This document shows, one piece after another, positions 61,264-64,000 of a stretch of 64,000 nucleotides of DNA (the first letter of the stretch is position 1; every line of letters starts with the position of its first letter). Made by a program: the position numbers and the translations under genes. The notes beneath the pieces are model-generated. The model was not told the origin of the DNA, ran no database searches, and was given only the letters and a program-made list of their open reading frames with translations. Source of the DNA: Patescibacteria group bacterium (GTDB lineage Bacteria; Patescibacteriota; Patescibacteriia; UBA9934); the NCBI GenBank assembly GCA_041666205.1, contig JBAYHI010000001.1:90894-154893 (forward strand). Direction: 5' to 3'.

Positions 61264-61331
61264 ATTGAAAATGTCCGGGCTTGCCCCGGGCATTTTGAAT
61301 TCCAGGCAATTTGGATTATACTGCTACCGTT

Positions 61332-61820
61332 ATGTCGAATCGCCACCTTGCACGTACCATGGCAATGCAATGCCTATTTCAATGGGATTTCCGCGGAAAA
61401 CACACCGCAAATCTCCCAGAGATTATTGAGCATGTAAAAACGGAATTTGCTCCTGATTTTGACGAGGGAGGTTATGTTGCCACGCAAGTGCAAGGCGTCA
61501 TGGACCACATTGAAGAGATCGATGAGCTTCTCAACAAATTTGCGCCGGAATGGAATATTGGCGAGATGACCAATACGGACCGGAATATTTTGCGCCTGGG
61601 CGTTTACGAACTCAAATGGGATGAGAAGATCCCTTCCAAGGTCGCCATCAATGAAGCCATTGAACTTGGCAAAGCGTTCGGTGGCGATGCATCAGGCAAA
61701 TTTGTGAATGGTGTTTTGGGTGCAATATTCAAAGATATGGCAGAGCGCGGAGAGCAAAAGCATATCGATGAATCACAAACCGAAGAAAAAAATGAAGAGG
61801 CCCCAGCGGCCACTGTATGA
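61332..61820 (+). CDS. nusB: transcription antitermination factor NusB
   Basis: [14 protein letters not shown]...ILRLGVYEL... is the NusB helical fold pattern. The start was placed at MSNRH (61332). Confidence 0.85.
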   Translation: MSNRHLARTMAMQCLFQWDFRGKHTANLPEIIEHVKTEFAPDFDEGGYVATQVQGVMDHIEEIDELLNKFAPEWNIGEMTNTDRNILRLGVYELKWDEKIPSKVAINEAIELGKAFGGDASGKFVNGVLGAIFKDMAERGEQKHIDESQTEEKNEEAPAATV

Positions 61821-62509
61821 CCAATAATTTGAAGGCCTTTGCAAAGAAAATTGGCATTCCATTTGCGGAAGATAGTCACTTGCGCCAAGCGCTCGTGCAC
61901 CGATCGTACTTGAATGAGCATGCCGATTTCGAACTTGCGCACAATGAGCGTTTAGAGTTTTTAGGCGACGCTGTGCTTGAACTCGTGGTCACCGAATACC
62001 TCTACAACCACTACGACAACCCAGAAGGCGAGCTGACCAACTGGCGCGCAGCCATGGTTAACGGCGCAAATCTAGCGAAAGTTGCGCATACGCTTGGAAT
62101 CGAAGAGCACTTGTATTTATCCAAAGGCGAGGAAAAAGAAACCAATCCAAAGGCGCGCAATTATATTCTTGCTAATGCCATGGAAGCAATTATCGGATCG
62201 GTTTACATTGATTTTGGATGGGATGAGGCAAAACGATTTATTTTGGCAAAGATTGTTTCCACGCTCCCAGAGATCATGGATAAAAAACTCTACATCGATC
62301 CAAAGAGTCGTTTCCAAGAAGAAGCGCAGTCGCGCACAGCCACCACGCCAAATTATAAAGTGGTTGAAGAAACCGGCCCGGATCATAATAAGATTTTCCG
62401 CGTGGGCGTTTATCTTGGGAAAGATCTGGTGGCAGAGGGGACTGGCACCTCAAAACAAGAAGCGCAAATTGATGCAGCAAAGAATGCACTTGAAGCCAAG
62501 GCGTGGTAG
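61817..62509 (+). CDS. rnc: ribonuclease III
   Basis: RNase III signature [11 protein letters not shown], catalytic acidic residues, and a C-terminal dsRBD. Overlaps the nusB stop by 4 nt. Confidence 0.95.
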   Translation: MTNNLKAFAKKIGIPFAEDSHLRQALVHRSYLNEHADFELAHNERLEFLGDAVLELVVTEYLYNHYDNPEGELTNWRAAMVNGANLAKVAHTLGIEEHLYLSKGEEKETNPKARNYILANAMEAIIGSVYIDFGWDEAKRFILAKIVSTLPEIMDKKLYIDPKSRFQEEAQSRTATTPNYKVVEETGPDHNKIFRVGVYLGKDLVAEGTGTSKQEAQIDAAKNALEAKAW

Positions 62510-62612
62510 AAAAAATGATAAACAAAAAAGCGGCAGATAAACTGCTGCTTTTTTACCGCCAGAATTCTTGATTTTTTCAAGAACTCTGGTAGGCTCCTGA
62601 CCCGTGTGGTGG

Positions 62613-62894
62613 TCAGAAGAAGACTTGGACGTTGGGTTCGTCGCGATGCTTGATCATGTAGTAGATGAAGACGGTGGCTATAGAGCCACAATAGATCAAG
62701 TAGACGATGGCGAGCGGAGCCAAGAAGGAGACAGGGCCACCCGCCCAGCCAGGACCGAATACACCGTTCAATACGACGTACACCATGAAAACCATGGCGC
62801 CTGAGATGGCTGCGGTGAGGTACATCGCCATAGCGGCGATACCCATGATCATGCCGGCAAGGGCGGCATAAATCAACGGACTTTTCCTGTTCAT
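62613..62894 (-). CDS. small membrane protein (93 aa, three TM), GC-rich
   Basis: ATG at 62894 preceded by AGGAGGACTCTC (SD); a bidirectional terminator at 62519-62560 separates it from rnc. Confidence 0.45.
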   Translation of the reverse strand: MNRKSPLIYAALAGMIMGIAAMAMYLTAAISGAMVFMVYVVLNGVFGPGWAGGPVSFLAPLAIVYLIYCGSIATVFIYYMIKHRDEPNVQVFF

Positions 62895-63033
62895 GAGAGT
62901 CCTCCTGGTAGATCGAGTTACTCTTGAGTTGCGGATTACATTGGAACAGAAAATTGATGTTTCGTCAAGCCTTATTCGTTGACATTACTGCAAAAATTAG
63001 ATATGATCTTCGCACGGTTTGGCTTTTGAACAC

Positions 63034-63110
63034 GCGGCGTTAGCTCAGCTGGATAGAGCGTCTGGCTTCGGACCAGAAGGTCGGGGGTTCAAATCCTCCA
63101 CGCCGCACCA
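63034..63110 (+). tRNA. tRNA-Arg (anticodon TCG)
   Basis: GCGGCGTTAGCTCAGCTGGATAGAGCGTCTGG-CTTCGGA-CCAGA-AGGTC-GGGGGTTCAAATCCTCC-ACGCCGC-A-CCA; the promoter TTGACA-17-TATGAT lies at about 62996-63024. The anticodon reading is moderately confident. Confidence 0.7.
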
Positions 63111-63138
63111 GCCTTCGCTTCCTTTGGAAGCTACGGCT
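63110..63138 (+). repeat. family-2 structured repeat (degenerate copy) immediately 3' of tRNA-Arg
   Basis: AGCCTTCGCTTCCTTTGGAAGCTACGGCT. Confidence 0.5.
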
Positions 63139-63296
63139 GGCAGGCCATCGCGAAAAAGATTCATAGATTTAGCGAATGTATGAATTTAGATGGATTGCAA
63201 GGAAAAAATCGAGCAATGAGGAGACGTACCTATATGGTACGACGACGAAATGCACAGATTTTTGACGAAGCAAGCCGCTAAATTCATAATGAGCAT

Positions 63297-63371
63297 ATGC
63301 ACCGATAGCTCAGCGGTAGAGCAGGTGGCTCTTAACCACTTGGTCGGGGGTTCAAATCCCTCTCGGTGCAC
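63297..63371 (+). tRNA. tRNA-Lys (anticodon CTT)
   Basis: GCACCGATAGCTCAGCGGTAGAGCAGGTGG-CTCTTAA-CCACT...GGTTCAAATCCCTC-TCGGTGC-A-CCA; the promoter TTGACG-17-CATAAT is upstream, and the terminator CACTCAGG-ttgac-CCTGGGTGTTTTT follows. Confidence 0.85.
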
Positions 63372-63538
63372 CACAAAAACACTCAGGTTGACCCTGGGTG
63401 TTTTTGTATGAATCAAAGCAAACCAACTGCTTGGTTTGCGTAGGGATTTTGAACGCCGGAGCCATATTCTGCCAGCAGGCAGAATGGCGAGGCGGTGGCT
63501 AGGTCAAAGCAAGTGACGACGAGCTTTGAGCCGAAGCC

Positions 63539-63558
63539 AAATCCCTCTCGGTGCACCA
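63539..63558 (+). repeat. direct repeat of the last 20 nt of tRNA-Lys (AAATCCCTCTCGGTGCACCA)
   Basis: Identical to 63352-63371; it lies 168 bp downstream and is followed by a family-2 repeat (63557-63596) and a second copy of the tRNA-Lys terminator type (about 63620-63660). Confidence 0.6.
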
Positions 63559-63596
63559 TCCCCCTTCGCTCAACTTCGTTGAGCTACGGAGGGATG
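63557..63596 (+). repeat. family-2 structured repeat (CATCCCCCTTCGCTCAAC-ttcg-GTTGAGCTACGGAGGGATG)
   Basis: Carries the conserved CCTTCGCT...AGCTACGG blocks around an internal hairpin. Confidence 0.55.
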
Positions 63597-63697
63597 TCCC
63601 CAACGAAGCCCGAGTTTAACGAGGGCGAAGTGGAGACAAAAAGATACTCAAGTTTACCTTGGGTATTTTTTTAATTCTTGCTATACTCACCTCATCT

Positions 63698-63898
63698 ATG
63701 CTCGATTTTTTACTCGTGACCGCTATCATTTTTATTGTGGGGCCCTTGCTTGTGATTGAAGGCTTTGCCATCTGGATCTTTTTGGCATTTTCACGAGCCG
63801 ATAAACTCGCCACCAGCGTTACGCGCATGGCAGGGTGGTGGATTCTTGGAGGGATCGTTATTTTAATTATTTATTTCATTTTGCGGGCGTTCTCATAA
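63698..63898 (+). CDS. small membrane protein (66 aa), possibly leaderless
   Basis: ATG about 10 nt after a TATACT -10 box; two hydrophobic segments; no other support. Confidence 0.3.
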   Translation: MLDFLLVTAIIFIVGPLLVIEGFAIWIFLAFSRADKLATSVTRMAGWWILGGIVILIIYFILRAFS

Positions 63899-64000
63899 CT
63901 ATGGATCGCATTTACATTTTGGGAATTCTTTTTCTTGTCTTTGCTCTATTTGCCATCTTTATCGGGAGGAAGCGAGGCTTTTTTGCGTTAATCGCATTGG

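Noticed and set aside
1-64000. CRISPR arrays, transposases, integrases, restriction-modification genes
   Set aside because: I saw no regularly spaced direct repeats with unique spacers and no recognisable DDE, tyrosine or serine recombinase motifs. The repeats present are hairpin/REP-like, not CRISPR-like.

Overview
This window has the gene content and layout of a small-genome bacterium of the CPR/Patescibacteria kind (inference only). Backbone genes, in order: rpsR (3' fragment), epmA-efp, ftsK, a RodZ-like protein, recA, rpoB-rpoC, yebC, ruvC, an SLT-domain lytic transglycosylase, a glycoside hydrolase, a methyltransferase and an APH-like kinase. Then a stable-RNA cluster: tRNA-Gly, three tRNA-Pro isoacceptors, tRNA-Ile and tRNA-Phe. 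Then a Nudix hydrolase, a stand-alone 16S rRNA on the minus strand with its own promoter, processing stem and terminator (no 23S/5S nearby), and trmD-KH protein-rpsP. Further on: a large FN3/beta-helix surface protein, smc, nrnA, clpP (no clpX), a VanW-like protein, hsp20, an AI-2E transporter, an SPFH protein, tsaD-tsaE, pilB plus a membrane partner, ftsH, rpsA, gyrA, a SOD-like protein, rpmF-nusB-rnc, and tRNA-Arg and tRNA-Lys. Several short segments are visibly GC-richer than this roughly 45-50% GC backbone and have different codon usage: about 20380-21440, 24236-24662, 28120-28760, 37600-40500, 41100-42620, 59716-60800 and 62570-62900. Most are bounded by repeated hairpin/terminator elements or lie next to tRNA or rRNA genes. 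Five observations stand out. (1) A five-gene GC-rich minus-strand cassette (37740-40409) next to tRNA-Glu, preceded by a promoter and a ~216-nt terminated RNA, with a conserved palindrome-bearing element between genes. (2) Two tandem promoter-to-terminator units (a 38-aa peptide with a strong SD; a ~214-nt GC-rich RNA) immediately upstream of the surface-protein gene. (3) Two tandem paralogous genes, each followed by an identical 45-bp hairpin repeat, between the tRNA cluster and the 16S. (4) Two dispersed families of structured repeats, one copy of which sits in frame inside the rpsA 3' tail. (5) A promoter, a short upstream ORF and an attenuator-like hairpin in front of rpoBC. No CRISPR array, transposase or integrase was seen. 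All calls rest on reading the sequence and on motif recognition; no database search was possible.
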